From the IMG/VR virus record IMGVR_UViG_3300038960_000189: a stretch of DNA of 21,196 bases. One strand, 5' to 3'. Source of the stretch: an uncultured virus (IMG/VR IMGVR_UViG_3300038960_000189) (Duplodnaviria > Heunggongvirae > Uroviricota > Caudoviricetes). Both the position numbers and the translations under genes were made by a program. Below the pieces are notes generated by a model. The model was not told the DNA's origin. It saw only the letters and a list, made by a program, of their open reading frames with translations, and ran no database searches. Shown here piece by piece: positions 1 to 8,111 of this stretch. How positions within the stretch are numbered: position 1 is the stretch's first letter; every line of letters starts with the position of its first letter.

Positions 1-991
1 TAGCTAATTCTTTTGCTTTTGCTTCTACCACAACATCAAGATTATCAACACCATATGTATTAGGAGTATCTAATATATAGTCTGCATGAGCTTGTTCTTT
101 TATCTTACTAAATATTTTATATTCTTTTTCAAATGTTGGCCATTCATGTATATTGTCTAACGATATATTATGATGCTCAAACATTTTTTCTATTAGTAAT
201 TTTTGCTCTTTACGTCTAGATTCTGAATAATGAGTACATTGAGTAATTCCATGCATTTCCCACGTTTCTCGAGCCATAAAGAATGCCTCACGTTCAGATA
301 AATCGCCTGTACAAAAGGTATGATGCCAATAGTCAAATGTAATAGGAATGTCAATATATTTGTGTATAAGTTCGTATAGATGCCGTACGCTGTACATTGA
401 TGCCTTATCATCATTCTCTAATACTAATCTGGACTTGCATGATTCAGAAAGACGATGCCAATTCTTAATCCACCTTTTAGCAGTAGCTTCACGATCACCA
501 TATGCACCAGCTACATGAATATTTATCTTGTTTTCAAAGGATGGTGTATATCCCATTAGATCAAACATTTCAGAGTGTCGTTCTAATCCAATAAGACTTT
601 TTTCTACTACTTCTTGTCTAGGAGAACCTAATACATGGAATGGTCCAGGATGGGTAGTTAAACGATGACCATGTTTTCGAGCATACTCTCCACATTCAAA
701 TAACTTTTCTGATATTGCTTCATAGTCTGGAAGATCATGTAATTCATAATGATCGTGCCATGGAAATAATTCTGATCCAACTCTAAATAAGGTGATGCCA
801 TGCTCTTGATTCCATTTAAGATAAGTTAATAAATCAGTTGCATTTTCTAAAGCCTTATCACTAATAAGTTGTAAATTGTTTGGATACCAAGATGCTTTTC
901 TAGCAGTTCGTGAAGTTGTTACTCTGCCTCCTAGTTTTTTAGGTCTATTTGTGAGTGTCATATTGACACAAGCATAACCATATCTAATCAT
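1..991 (-). CDS. uvsE: UV DNA damage endonuclease (UvdE/UvsE family), 3' end runs off the left window edge
   Basis: Manual translation from ATG at 991: MIRYGYACVNMTL...LKWNQEHGITLFRVGSELFPW...HYSES...AHADY...DVVVEAKAKELA; both ends are in the same frame and carry UvdE motifs. Absent from the ORF track because the stop is outside the window. Confidence 0.93.
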   Translation of the reverse strand, partial: MIRYGYACVNMTLTNRPKKLGGRVTTSRTARKASWYPNNLQLISDKALENATDLLTYLKWNQEHGITLFRVGSELFPWHDHYELHDLPDYEAISEKLFECGEYARKHGHRLTTHPGPFHVLGSPRQEVVEKSLIGLERHSEMFDLMGYTPSFENKINIHVAGAYGDREATAKRWIKNWHRLSESCKSRLVLENDDKASMYSVRHLYELIHKYIDIPITFDYWHHTFCTGDLSEREAFFMARETWEMHGITQCTHYSESRRKEQKLLIEKMFEHHNISLDNIHEWPTFEKEYKIFSKIKEQAHADYILDTPNTYGVDNLDVVVEAKAKELA

Positions 992-1002
992 ATTTTTATT
1001 TT

Positions 1003-1031
1003 ATAATAAGAAAATATATTGAAAGATCAAA
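1003..1031 (-). promoter_or_regulatory. Putative sigma70-like promoter (TTTGAT-N17-TATTAT) for uvsE
   Basis: Same architecture and exact 17-nt spacer as five other intergenic copies; 11 nt upstream of the ATG. Confidence 0.6.
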
Positions 1032-1032
1032 G

Positions 1033-1515
1033 TTATTTTTCAAATATTACGTATGGTTGTGGCCGATTTATGAGTGCTGTCCACATTTCTTCTGCCCATA
1101 TATCTGCAGATATTTCCCATGGTCGTATGTCCCATGGGAGATCGTTATTCATTTTTTGACCCATCCATCTTGGAGGGTATTGGCTAAGATTGCCTAACGT
1201 CATATCAATTATATGCCCTAATTCATGTAGTATTACCCATTTTCGTTGTTGCTTATTTTTACATGTATAATTAATGTCAATTGCATACATCTTTGGTGAT
1301 ATTTGATAAGCAAATCCATCGATGCCAGGAAATAATGGAGATTTTGGTTTGAAAAGTATTGTTATTGTAGAATCCTTTATAAAATTCTTTGCAGCTCTAT
1401 AAAGTAAAATAGTTTCATATGGGTCTGCATCTGGTGTTGAAATTATCGATTGAGACCTTAGGTTAAAAGGAATAATGCATAACAATATTATTAGAGTTAA
1501 TTTTTTCACATTCAA
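1033..1515 (-). CDS. Secreted zincin metalloprotease-like protein (start may be GTG at 1509)
   Basis: N-terminal hydrophobic signal KKLTLIILLCIIPFNLRS-Q; HELGH (HExxH) motif and downstream PWEISA candidate third Zn ligand. Confidence 0.7.
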   Translation of the reverse strand: MNVKKLTLIILLCIIPFNLRSQSIISTPDADPYETILLYRAAKNFIKDSTITILFKPKSPLFPGIDGFAYQISPKMYAIDINYTCKNKQQRKWVILHELGHIIDMTLGNLSQYPPRWMGQKMNNDLPWDIRPWEISADIWAEEMWTALINRPQPYVIFEK

Positions 1516-2051
1516 TCTTTAATTTTAATAACAATATCGTGAGGAGCTGTTTCATCTCCACCGAAATATGGATATAAATAATAATTTTTATAGATTGTTC
1601 CACATGATCTAGGTGTTTCTGTTACTACACCGTCGACTGCTATAACATATTTATCTTCATCTAGTTCAATCATACAATAAATAATTTCATTGAAATCAAC
1701 TGTTTTTATCTTACCATATGAAAATTCTCCAAATTCATGTTTAAACCAAAGTAATTCTAAACTTTCATTATACCATCGCCAACCAATTCGTATTGAAGAT
1801 TGCATATGATGTTGACCGCAGTCACTAACACCATATAATTTATTTATGTCAGCTTGATTGTTAGGATCTTTTGTTATATATTTAGCAGTTTCATTAAATA
1901 TAACTTCAAATTCAATTACTGATCTCCAATCTCGTTTTAACTTGAATGTAGATCGGTGTTTATCTTTTTTGATACGATAAGTTCGAAATCCATTTTCATC
2001 AATTTTTTTACATCCTAGAAATGTTAATAATATTAGAATTAATTTTTTCAT
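1512..2051 (-). CDS. Putative lipoprotein, beta-rich, unknown function
   Basis: Lipoprotein signal MKKLILILLTFLG-C followed by KKIDE; aromatic-rich beta-strand pattern and C-terminal YPYFGG motif. Confidence 0.65.
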   Translation of the reverse strand: MKKLILILLTFLGCKKIDENGFRTYRIKKDKHRSTFKLKRDWRSVIEFEVIFNETAKYITKDPNNQADINKLYGVSDCGQHHMQSSIRIGWRWYNESLELLWFKHEFGEFSYGKIKTVDFNEIIYCMIELDEDKYVIAVDGVVTETPRSCGTIYKNYYLYPYFGGDETAPHDIVIKIKD

Positions 2052-2052
2052 A

Positions 2053-2610
2053 TTATTCTTTAATTAACCAGTTTAGCCCTGCTTGATTATATGTCCTTTT
2101 AATTAAGCCTTTACCAACATAAATTTTTTGATTTTTAGCTGCTGGAATTGTTTTTTTATATAAAAGCAAACATCCTTTTGGAATAGCATCAAATATTTGA
2201 TTATTTATTACACGTTTAAACATTGTATTATCTACATATGCAATAGTTACATTTTTTAGATCTACATTTTGAAAAGGTTGATTATAAAATGTTATATGAT
2301 TAGAATTTGGTGCGTACGTTTCTTTTAATTCTAATGATGCATCATATCTTTCTTTACTATATTCAATTCCTATGGATTCTTTAACTTTTGTTACTAATCC
2401 AACGTGTAGTACCATTTTGCCATTTCCAGAGCCAATATCACAAAATACTGCATTACTATTAAAATATTCTGAAAACATTTCTAATATTTTTTCTGTACCA
2501 GCTTTTTCTATTTCACCATATACAGAATTTCCAATATGTTCAGGAAAATTTGTTTTATTTTTAATAAGCTTTTTTTTATATATATTATTTAATAGTTCGT
2601 CCATATCCAT
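2053..2610 (-). CDS. Class I SAM-dependent methyltransferase, DOT1-like
   Basis: VYGEI, FCDIGSGNGKMV and SIGIE motifs in the order and spacing typical of DOT1-family catalytic domains. Confidence 0.75.
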   Translation of the reverse strand: MDMDELLNNIYKKKLIKNKTNFPEHIGNSVYGEIEKAGTEKILEMFSEYFNSNAVFCDIGSGNGKMVLHVGLVTKVKESIGIEYSKERYDASLELKETYAPNSNHITFYNQPFQNVDLKNVTIAYVDNTMFKRVINNQIFDAIPKGCLLLYKKTIPAAKNQKIYVGKGLIKRTYNQAGLNWLIKE

Positions 2611-2614
2611 ATCT

Positions 2615-3388
2615 CTATTTATTATTTTTATGCTCGGGAAGTTTAGCTCTTATTTCATCTACTAAATTCATGTCCAATGCTTCATCTGCGCTTATCCACC
2701 AATCTTTTCTGTCCCAGTTTCGTTTGATTTTATTTTTAGTTAAATTAGATCTACTAGTAAAAATATCCAATATTCGTTCTTCTATTCTATTGATAAATTT
2801 TACTTCATCCTCTATCTCATATGTTTTGCCCCAAGCACCAAACGCAGCTCTATGAATCATTACCCAGGCTTGTTGACCTACCCATCTTACATCACCAGCT
2901 TGTAATAAAATACCAGCCATGGAAGCAGCATATCCTAAAGTACCTGTTGTTAAATGATGCCCTTTATTTCGTAAATCTTGCAAGAAATCAAATAATTCAA
3001 ATCCATCAATAATACTACCACCAGGTGAAGAAAATATTATTTCTATAGAACATGTTGGGTCAATCCGATGCCATTCTGTTAATGTCTCCATTGCATGAGC
3101 AACAGATTCAGCTGAAACTTTACTACTAAATCTATATAAAAAATTTCGTTCATCAACAGCTTCCATTCGCTTTTTTCTATCCAGATCTTTCTCCAATTGC
3201 AATTGTTTTAATTGCAAATCAATTTTTATTTTTTCAAGATTTGTTTTTGAAATTTTAGCTTCTGTCTCTAGCTTACTAGCTTCTGCATTTATCTTTCGTG
3301 CAGACGCTATTTTAATATCTAAAAGTGCTTGTCGTTCTTCTGGTGTTAATTCAGACGATTGGTCTGATTCATGCTTTTCTTCACTCAT
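2615..3388 (-). CDS. clpP: ClpP-family serine protease with N-terminal coiled-coil extension
   Basis: SPGGS, YAASMA (catalytic Ser), MIHR (His), RKDWWISADEAL (Asp) motifs; SD-like AAGGA upstream. Confidence 0.9.
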   Translation of the reverse strand: MSEEKHESDQSSELTPEERQALLDIKIASARKINAEASKLETEAKISKTNLEKIKIDLQLKQLQLEKDLDRKKRMEAVDERNFLYRFSSKVSAESVAHAMETLTEWHRIDPTCSIEIIFSSPGGSIIDGFELFDFLQDLRNKGHHLTTGTLGYAASMAGILLQAGDVRWVGQQAWVMIHRAAFGAWGKTYEIEDEVKFINRIEERILDIFTSRSNLTKNKIKRNWDRKDWWISADEALDMNLVDEIRAKLPEHKNNK

Positions 3389-3402
3389 CTAGGTCCTTTT
3401 GT

Positions 3403-3411
3403 TATAAATAT
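3403..3411 (-). promoter_or_regulatory. ATATTTATA motif, candidate late-promoter element upstream of clpP
   Basis: Same 9-mer recurs upstream of starts at 15515, 17194 and 9987 and in the 5279-5287 intergenic gap; AT-rich background lowers certainty. Confidence 0.4.
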
Positions 3412-3462
3412 TATATGTTATAATGATTACATAACAAACCGGAGTTATTTATAGAAGTTTAT

Positions 3463-3759
3463 TTAAGATGATACCATGGCAATTTCCATTTCTCTAACAA
3501 GAATATATTCGGTTCCATCTAGTTTTACTTTTTTCTGTCCTCCTAGATTATTCTTACTAATTAAGACAGTGTCTCCTAATTTTACTGACATTGGTATTCT
3601 ATGCCCTGATTGTGTAAATAATCCTGGGCCGACTGATATTACATCTGCATATATAAATTCTTCATTTGGTCCATCTACTAATATAATTCCACCTTCAGTT
3701 TTGTCAGCTCGTTCTTTTTCTTGTATTAAAACTTGATCTCCAATTGGTTTCATTTTCAT
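3463..3759 (-). CDS. groES: Co-chaperonin GroES
   Basis: MKPIGDQVLI, KTEGGIIL mobile loop, VISVGPG, VKLGDTVL motifs; 98 aa. Confidence 0.95.
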   Translation of the reverse strand: MKMKPIGDQVLIQEKERADKTEGGIILVDGPNEEFIYADVISVGPGLFTQSGHRIPMSVKLGDTVLISKNNLGGQKKVKLDGTEYILVREMEIAMVSS

Positions 3760-3761
3760 AA

Positions 3762-3899
3762 CTATCCTTTTATATTTTTTAAAATTTCTTTTAATTTGTA
3801 AATTAAATCTTCTACCTCATCTGGATCCATTGTTATTGCACAACAGGTACCTACATTTTCTTCTATTTCATTTAATATTTCTAGTGCTTCATCTATCAT
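3762..3899 (-). CDS. Small acidic hypothetical protein (45 aa) with CC pair
   Basis: Manual translation MIDEALEILNEIEENVGTCCAITMDPDEVEDLIYKLKEILKNIKG*; ATGA overlap with the queE stop and fills the gap to groES exactly; below the ORF-track cutoff. Confidence 0.75.
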   Translation of the reverse strand: MIDEALEILNEIEENVGTCCAITMDPDEVEDLIYKLKEILKNIKG

Positions 3900-4756
3900 A
3901 CACCGCGTTCTGTATTATATGCTATTATATGATCTCGACCTGTCATATTATATCCATGTTCTGCTACCATTTCGAATACTAATGGATACATTTTGATTAA
4001 TTGTTCTCTAGTATCTCCAGCTGGCATTATAAATGTTTTATTTTTTGGTATTTTCATTTCAAGTCTAAATGCCTCTATTTCAGCTAAATTTTCTTCTGTG
4101 CCATCCCATACTGGTTTGAAATGATAATCTTTATGATATGCAAGAGTTTTAAAAATGGCTTCATTGTTCAATCTAAGTCTATTATGTACTTTAATCATTC
4201 TTTCGTCTGCTACTGCTCCGTTAGGTGTTATAGCTCCTAAAACAGGAACACTATTACTAAATTTAGGACTAAGACTAATTAAATCTAAAGGATAATCTGT
4301 TTCTAAAAAATGTGATCCTTCTGTTTCAATCGTAACAAATATTCCTCGCTCTTTTGCAAAATGAGTTATTTCATTTACTAAAGCGGGATGCATTGTAGGC
4401 GAACCACCAGTTAACATCATTTCTTTTACTTGTGGATTATCGTCATACATTTTAATAATATCATTAAATGTAAATGTGCCTTTTTCAGGATGAATACTTG
4501 TATACCAAGAATCACACCAACCACCTTCTCCAAAGTAACATCTGTGAGTACATCCTGTAGTTCTAACTGCTATTGTAGGTCTACCAAATCTGCTTCCTTC
4601 TGATTGAACACATCGATATACTTCTAATACTGGAAGTATTTTGTTATAATCTGTTATTCTTTTTAATTTGCTAACTAACTTACGTGAATTATAATCTCCA
4701 GATTCTCGTTCGTATACTGTTTTACCGCCATCAGGCGATTCATAAATTTTTGTCAT
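3896..4756 (-). CDS. queE: 7-carboxy-7-deazaguanine synthase QueE (radical SAM) with N-terminal extension
   Basis: VQSEG..G.PT..VRTTGC, LTGGSP, IETEGS, SLSPK motifs; Cys motif CTHRCYFGEGGWC; clustered with queD and folE2. Confidence 0.9.
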   Translation of the reverse strand: MTKIYESPDGGKTVYERESGDYNSRKLVSKLKRITDYNKILPVLEVYRCVQSEGSRFGRPTIAVRTTGCTHRCYFGEGGWCDSWYTSIHPEKGTFTFNDIIKMYDDNPQVKEMMLTGGSPTMHPALVNEITHFAKERGIFVTIETEGSHFLETDYPLDLISLSPKFSNSVPVLGAITPNGAVADERMIKVHNRLRLNNEAIFKTLAYHKDYHFKPVWDGTEENLAEIEAFRLEMKIPKNKTFIMPAGDTREQLIKMYPLVFEMVAEHGYNMTGRDHIIAYNTERGV

Positions 4757-4784
4757 AACGTATTTTCTAAATATAGTATATAAT

Positions 4785-4813
4785 ATTATAATGAAATTTT
4801 ATAATATATCCAA
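4785..4813 (-). promoter_or_regulatory. Putative sigma70-like promoter (TTGGAT-N17-TATAAT) for queE
   Basis: Perfect TATAAT with 17-nt spacer, intergenic, 28 nt before the ATG. Confidence 0.65.
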
Positions 4814-4818
4814 TAATA

Positions 4819-5196
4819 TTACCATAATAATGTTGGATTCTCCATCCATAATTTTTTTCCTTGTTGAATTCTTTCTTTTAGTAACGGAGTTGCAAATTCT
4901 AATATTTCCAAAAATGTATCTAATTCGTCAATTGATGGAGGCTCTTCTCTTACCCATCCTATAGTTTCTCTATCGAATAATAATCGTTGACTGGTTATAG
5001 AATCTTTAAATGTATAAAAAAATTCTAAAAATGATAACATATCATCATATAATGTTTCTGCATGTAATAAATAAGGTGAAAATTCTAATTCGAAAAATTT
5101 TTTTTCTATTTTTTGTAAGTATGCTAACAGTATATATTTTTTATGCTCAAAATCAATTGGATCTTGTATCCACCATGTTGATTTTAGTAGTTCCAT
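4819..5196 (-). CDS. Hypothetical protein
   Basis: Intact 125-aa ORF on the coding strand; N-terminal W..DPIDFEHKKYILLAYLQ resembles uncharacterised Bacteroidota proteins (from memory, unverified). Confidence 0.7.
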   Translation of the reverse strand: MELLKSTWWIQDPIDFEHKKYILLAYLQKIEKKFFELEFSPYLLHAETLYDDMLSFLEFFYTFKDSITSQRLLFDRETIGWVREEPPSIDELDTFLEILEFATPLLKERIQQGKKLWMENPTLLW

Positions 5197-5327
5197 TCAT
5201 TTCTTCCATTTTAAACGCAAAATGAAAACTATTTAAAATATCTGAAAACATATTTACTTGCTTTTATTAATTATTTATTATAAATATTTAATTTCTACTA
5301 AAATACTTCACAATATATACTAAAAAA

Positions 5328-5609
5328 TTACTTTTTATCCCACCATTTTAATCTTTTTAATCGCTTATAGATTAAAAATGGTTGTAGTATTATTCCAATT
5401 AGGAAACCATATGTTGCTATAAATATTCCAATTACAGGCCATATTGGTACCCATCCTGAATTCCATTCTTCCAGTACTGGGCCTGGCATATAAAATGCCA
5501 TAACAAACCCAAATATAGTTCCTATAAATTTTAAAATACCTTGTTTGCTTTTGAAATAATGATCTGTAAATACCCATTCAAAATATGAAGGTTCTTTTTT
5601 ATTTTCCAT
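5328..5609 (-). CDS. Small membrane protein (two predicted TM segments, basic C-terminus)
   Basis: Hydrophobic stretches ILKFIGTIFGFVMAFY and IWPVIGIFIATYGFLIGIILQPFLIY followed by KRLKRLK. Confidence 0.7.
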   Translation of the reverse strand: MENKKEPSYFEWVFTDHYFKSKQGILKFIGTIFGFVMAFYMPGPVLEEWNSGWVPIWPVIGIFIATYGFLIGIILQPFLIYKRLKRLKWWDKK

Positions 5610-5634
5610 AATTATCCATGTTTTATTAATTTAG

Positions 5635-5711
<77 letters not shown>

Positions 5712-5811
5712 AAAATATTAAAAAGGCAGAGGTGTATTACTTTGTGTTCAATTGATGCCGGTCTTAATCATACTAACGTCTACTTTTTCACGTGCCTTTA
5801 TTTTTTAATTG

Positions 5812-5883
5812 TACTCCCTAGGAGAATCGAACTCCTATTTCCAGGATGAAAACCTGGCGTCCTAACCGTTAGACGAAGGGAGC
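5812..5883 (-). tRNA. tRNA-Glu (anticodon TTC), no encoded CCA
   Basis: GCTCCCT/AGGGAGT acceptor stem, anticodon arm CCAGG-TTTTCAT-CCTGG, T loop GTTCGATTC. Confidence 0.95.
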
Positions 5884-5888
5884 ATTTG

Positions 5889-5959
5889 TTACCGGGGAAG
5901 GATTCGAACCTCCGTTACCTGGACCAAAACCAGGAGTCCTGCCTCTAGACGACCCGGTA
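5889..5959 (-). tRNA. tRNA-Gln (anticodon TTG), no encoded CCA
   Basis: TACCGGG/CCCGGTA acceptor stem, anticodon arm CCTGG-TTTTGGT-CCAGG, T loop GTTCGAATC. Confidence 0.95.
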
Positions 5960-5964
5960 TAATT

Positions 5965-6429
5965 TTATTCTACATAGCATGCAGCATTCTTACCATGCTC
6001 CATGAATTTTACTTTTGTAACTCTAACTCGTCCTTCTGTCTCTTCGTGTACAAAATCGTTTAATTTATTATAAATATATTCTGAAAATTTCTCTGCACCA
6101 GTTGCTGGTATTATTCTTAATTGTATCATTCCTGCAGCCTGCATTTCTCCGAACATTTTTTTGTCTGGATCATCCTCTGCTACTATTACTGTATGATCAA
6201 ACATATAATCCATCCACGTTTTAGGTTGCATACCGTCTATTAGAGTCTTTGCTCGCTTCATACCTCCAAAGTCCCAAACCCAATTTCTGTGATCTAGTTC
6301 TCCTTCGAAATAAACTTTAAATGATATACCATAACCATGTAGAAATCTACAATGTGTATCTTCTGCTTTCCATTGACGAAATACTGTACTAAATCCGTCA
6401 AAAACTTTACTTGATTGAAATTTTCCCAT
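5965..6429 (-). CDS. queD: 6-carboxy-5,6,7,8-tetrahydropterin synthase QueD
   Basis: HCRFLHGY (CxxxHG), WVWDFG, FDHT, GAEKFS and terminal EH..N.A motifs of the PTPS/QueD T-fold family. Confidence 0.92.
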   Translation of the reverse strand: MGKFQSSKVFDGFSTVFRQWKAEDTHCRFLHGYGISFKVYFEGELDHRNWVWDFGGMKRAKTLIDGMQPKTWMDYMFDHTVIVAEDDPDKKMFGEMQAAGMIQLRIIPATGAEKFSEYIYNKLNDFVHEETEGRVRVTKVKFMEHGKNAACYVE

Positions 6430-6677
6430 TATACTAATTCTTCTATTATTCCTATTGATTCACTTACTATTAAAATAACAGCAGCTGCAAACAAGTTATA
6501 TGGTATAAAACAATATCCTATAATACGTATACCAGATTTTATGAAACTTATTTTTTGATGTAATTTTGCATCTGGTAATTGTTCTAACTGAGTTATTTTT
6601 TTATCTATATCGTTGAGCGTTATAGCTATTTCTTTTTTTACTTCGCTTTGTGTCTTTTTTTTCGGTTTGTATGCCAT
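6429..6677 (-). CDS. Small membrane-associated hypothetical protein
   Basis: 82-aa ORF coupled to queD by TAATG overlap; hydrophobic C-terminal half (SFIKSGIRIIGY...ILIVSESIGIIEELV). Confidence 0.7.
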   Translation of the reverse strand: MAYKPKKKTQSEVKKEIAITLNDIDKKITQLEQLPDAKLHQKISFIKSGIRIIGYCFIPYNLFAAAVILIVSESIGIIEELV

Positions 6678-6686
6678 GATAATTCT

Positions 6687-7760
6687 TTATGATATATGTA
6701 TTAAACTTGACCACAATTCATGTGGAATGTCACTACAAAATTTACTATTTGGAGCTAATATTACTGATACTGCATCGTGTGAATGCAATGATTCTTGATG
6801 TGAACATATTACTCGAAAATCTTTTATTCGTTTATCTTTGATTAATTGTGCGTATAATAATCTAGCTGCATCTTCCACAAACTTAAGATAAGATCCATTC
6901 AATTCAGCAAATGCCATTTCATCTTCCCTTTTTACCACTACTTGAGTTTCAGTTTTTAAAGCTCTAGAACATATTTCTTGCAAATCTTCTATCCATACTA
7001 CTTCATCAAATTCAATTGATATTCTAGCTACTGATCTTTGTGAATGAGATACAGTAGCTTGATTTCTATATTTTCTAGCATGTTCTGCTAATTCATATGA
7101 ACAAGGACAAGCAGATGAATAAACAAAATCAAAATGAAGTATCTTTTTAAATGTTCCTTTATCGTCAATATTACCTTCAAATGTAACATTATAATATTGA
7201 TATCCAGCATTGTCAGATCTTAATGATGGTTGTAAAATAGGATATGAAAAATGTAATCCTATCTTTGCGTCAAATGATTCTAAATCATCTTTATATTTTA
7301 ATAGAATTTCATCTAATTTACCAAATACATAATCATCTTTAAATTTATAAAATGATCTCATAATACGAGACATATTGATGCCTTTTTTATGTGCTGCTAA
7401 TGAGACGTTACCTGTTACTTTAGTTTCTAATTCTATATCACCACCATCCTTCTTTTTATATTTTAAAGGTAAACGAAAATTATGAATTCCAACTTGCTGA
7501 ATTGCTACTGGCGCGCCTTGAATTAAAGATGAAGGGCCGTTTTGCAAATCTGGAAATGTTTCTATATCTTCTTTCGTTGGTTTATATTTTAAATCATATT
7601 CTCGATTTGGCTCATGATATTTCAATGAATGTTCATTTTCTTTTGCTAGCTTATGAGATTCAACATCATCAAACCATTCATATTTATTAATAGTATTATT
7701 TTTTTGTGACATAGTAGTCGTTCTTTCTTTCACTAGTTCATTTGTTTTTTGCATTGTCAT
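6687..7760 (-). CDS. folE2: GTP cyclohydrolase type IB FolE2 (start may be ATG at 7712)
   Basis: PDLQ, IQQVGI, KGINMSR, SACPCS, HSQRS, FVEDAAR, ESLHSHDA motifs of GCYH-IB. Confidence 0.93.
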   Translation of the reverse strand: MTMQKTNELVKERTTTMSQKNNTINKYEWFDDVESHKLAKENEHSLKYHEPNREYDLKYKPTKEDIETFPDLQNGPSSLIQGAPVAIQQVGIHNFRLPLKYKKKDGGDIELETKVTGNVSLAAHKKGINMSRIMRSFYKFKDDYVFGKLDEILLKYKDDLESFDAKIGLHFSYPILQPSLRSDNAGYQYYNVTFEGNIDDKGTFKKILHFDFVYSSACPCSYELAEHARKYRNQATVSHSQRSVARISIEFDEVVWIEDLQEICSRALKTETQVVVKREDEMAFAELNGSYLKFVEDAARLLYAQLIKDKRIKDFRVICSHQESLHSHDAVSVILAPNSKFCSDIPHELWSSLIHIS

Positions 7761-8058
7761 AATCTGATAAATCTTTCAGTAATTTTGAAATTGAGTGTAC
7801 TGTTTCTAAGTTAACTCGTAACCATTTTCTATATTGTTTTTGTTGTATTATTAATTGACTACACATTTCATATTCTTCTAAATTTTCTCCAACCTTAATT
7901 AGATATGATAGAAAATCATTGATATTCTTACCGTATTCTAATAAAACGGTTTCATTTAGCATATGTATTTGTAATGAATCTTTTTCAATTATAATGTTAA
8001 CGCATTTGTAAAACATACGTTTACTTATATCTGATGGGTCTAGAAATTTAAAAGACAT
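7738..8058 (-). CDS. Hypothetical helical protein (start moved from 8142 to 8058)
   Basis: Promoter motif at 8074-8102 lies inside the longer ORF call and directly precedes ATG 8058; contains an EEYEMC helical motif. Confidence 0.65.
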   Translation of the reverse strand: MSFKFLDPSDISKRMFYKCVNIIIEKDSLQIHMLNETVLLEYGKNINDFLSYLIKVGENLEEYEMCSQLIIQQKQYRKWLRVNLETVHSISKLLKDLSDYDNAKNK

Positions 8059-8073
8059 GAAACTTTTTACTTT

Positions 8074-8102
8074 ATTATAATAAAATTTTGTAATTTTTCC
8101 AA
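8074..8102 (-). promoter_or_regulatory. Putative sigma70-like promoter (TTGGAA-N17-TATAAT) for the hyp-folE2-queD unit
   Basis: Perfect TATAAT, 17-nt spacer, just after the nrdJ stop. Confidence 0.65.
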
Positions 8103-8111
8103 GTAATAATA

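Noticed and set aside
193..414. 73-aa minus-strand ORF from the track
   Set aside because: Alternative frame inside uvsE.
3431..3453. Sense-strand TATAAATA and 5-bp hairpin downstream of groES
   Set aside because: Single sense-strand intergenic occurrence noticed and weak stem; expected by chance in AT-rich DNA.
5155..5251. Possible 32-aa ORF (MFSDILNSF...) after the 5279 motif
   Set aside because: Short, overlaps the 5196 gene out of frame and has no supporting features.
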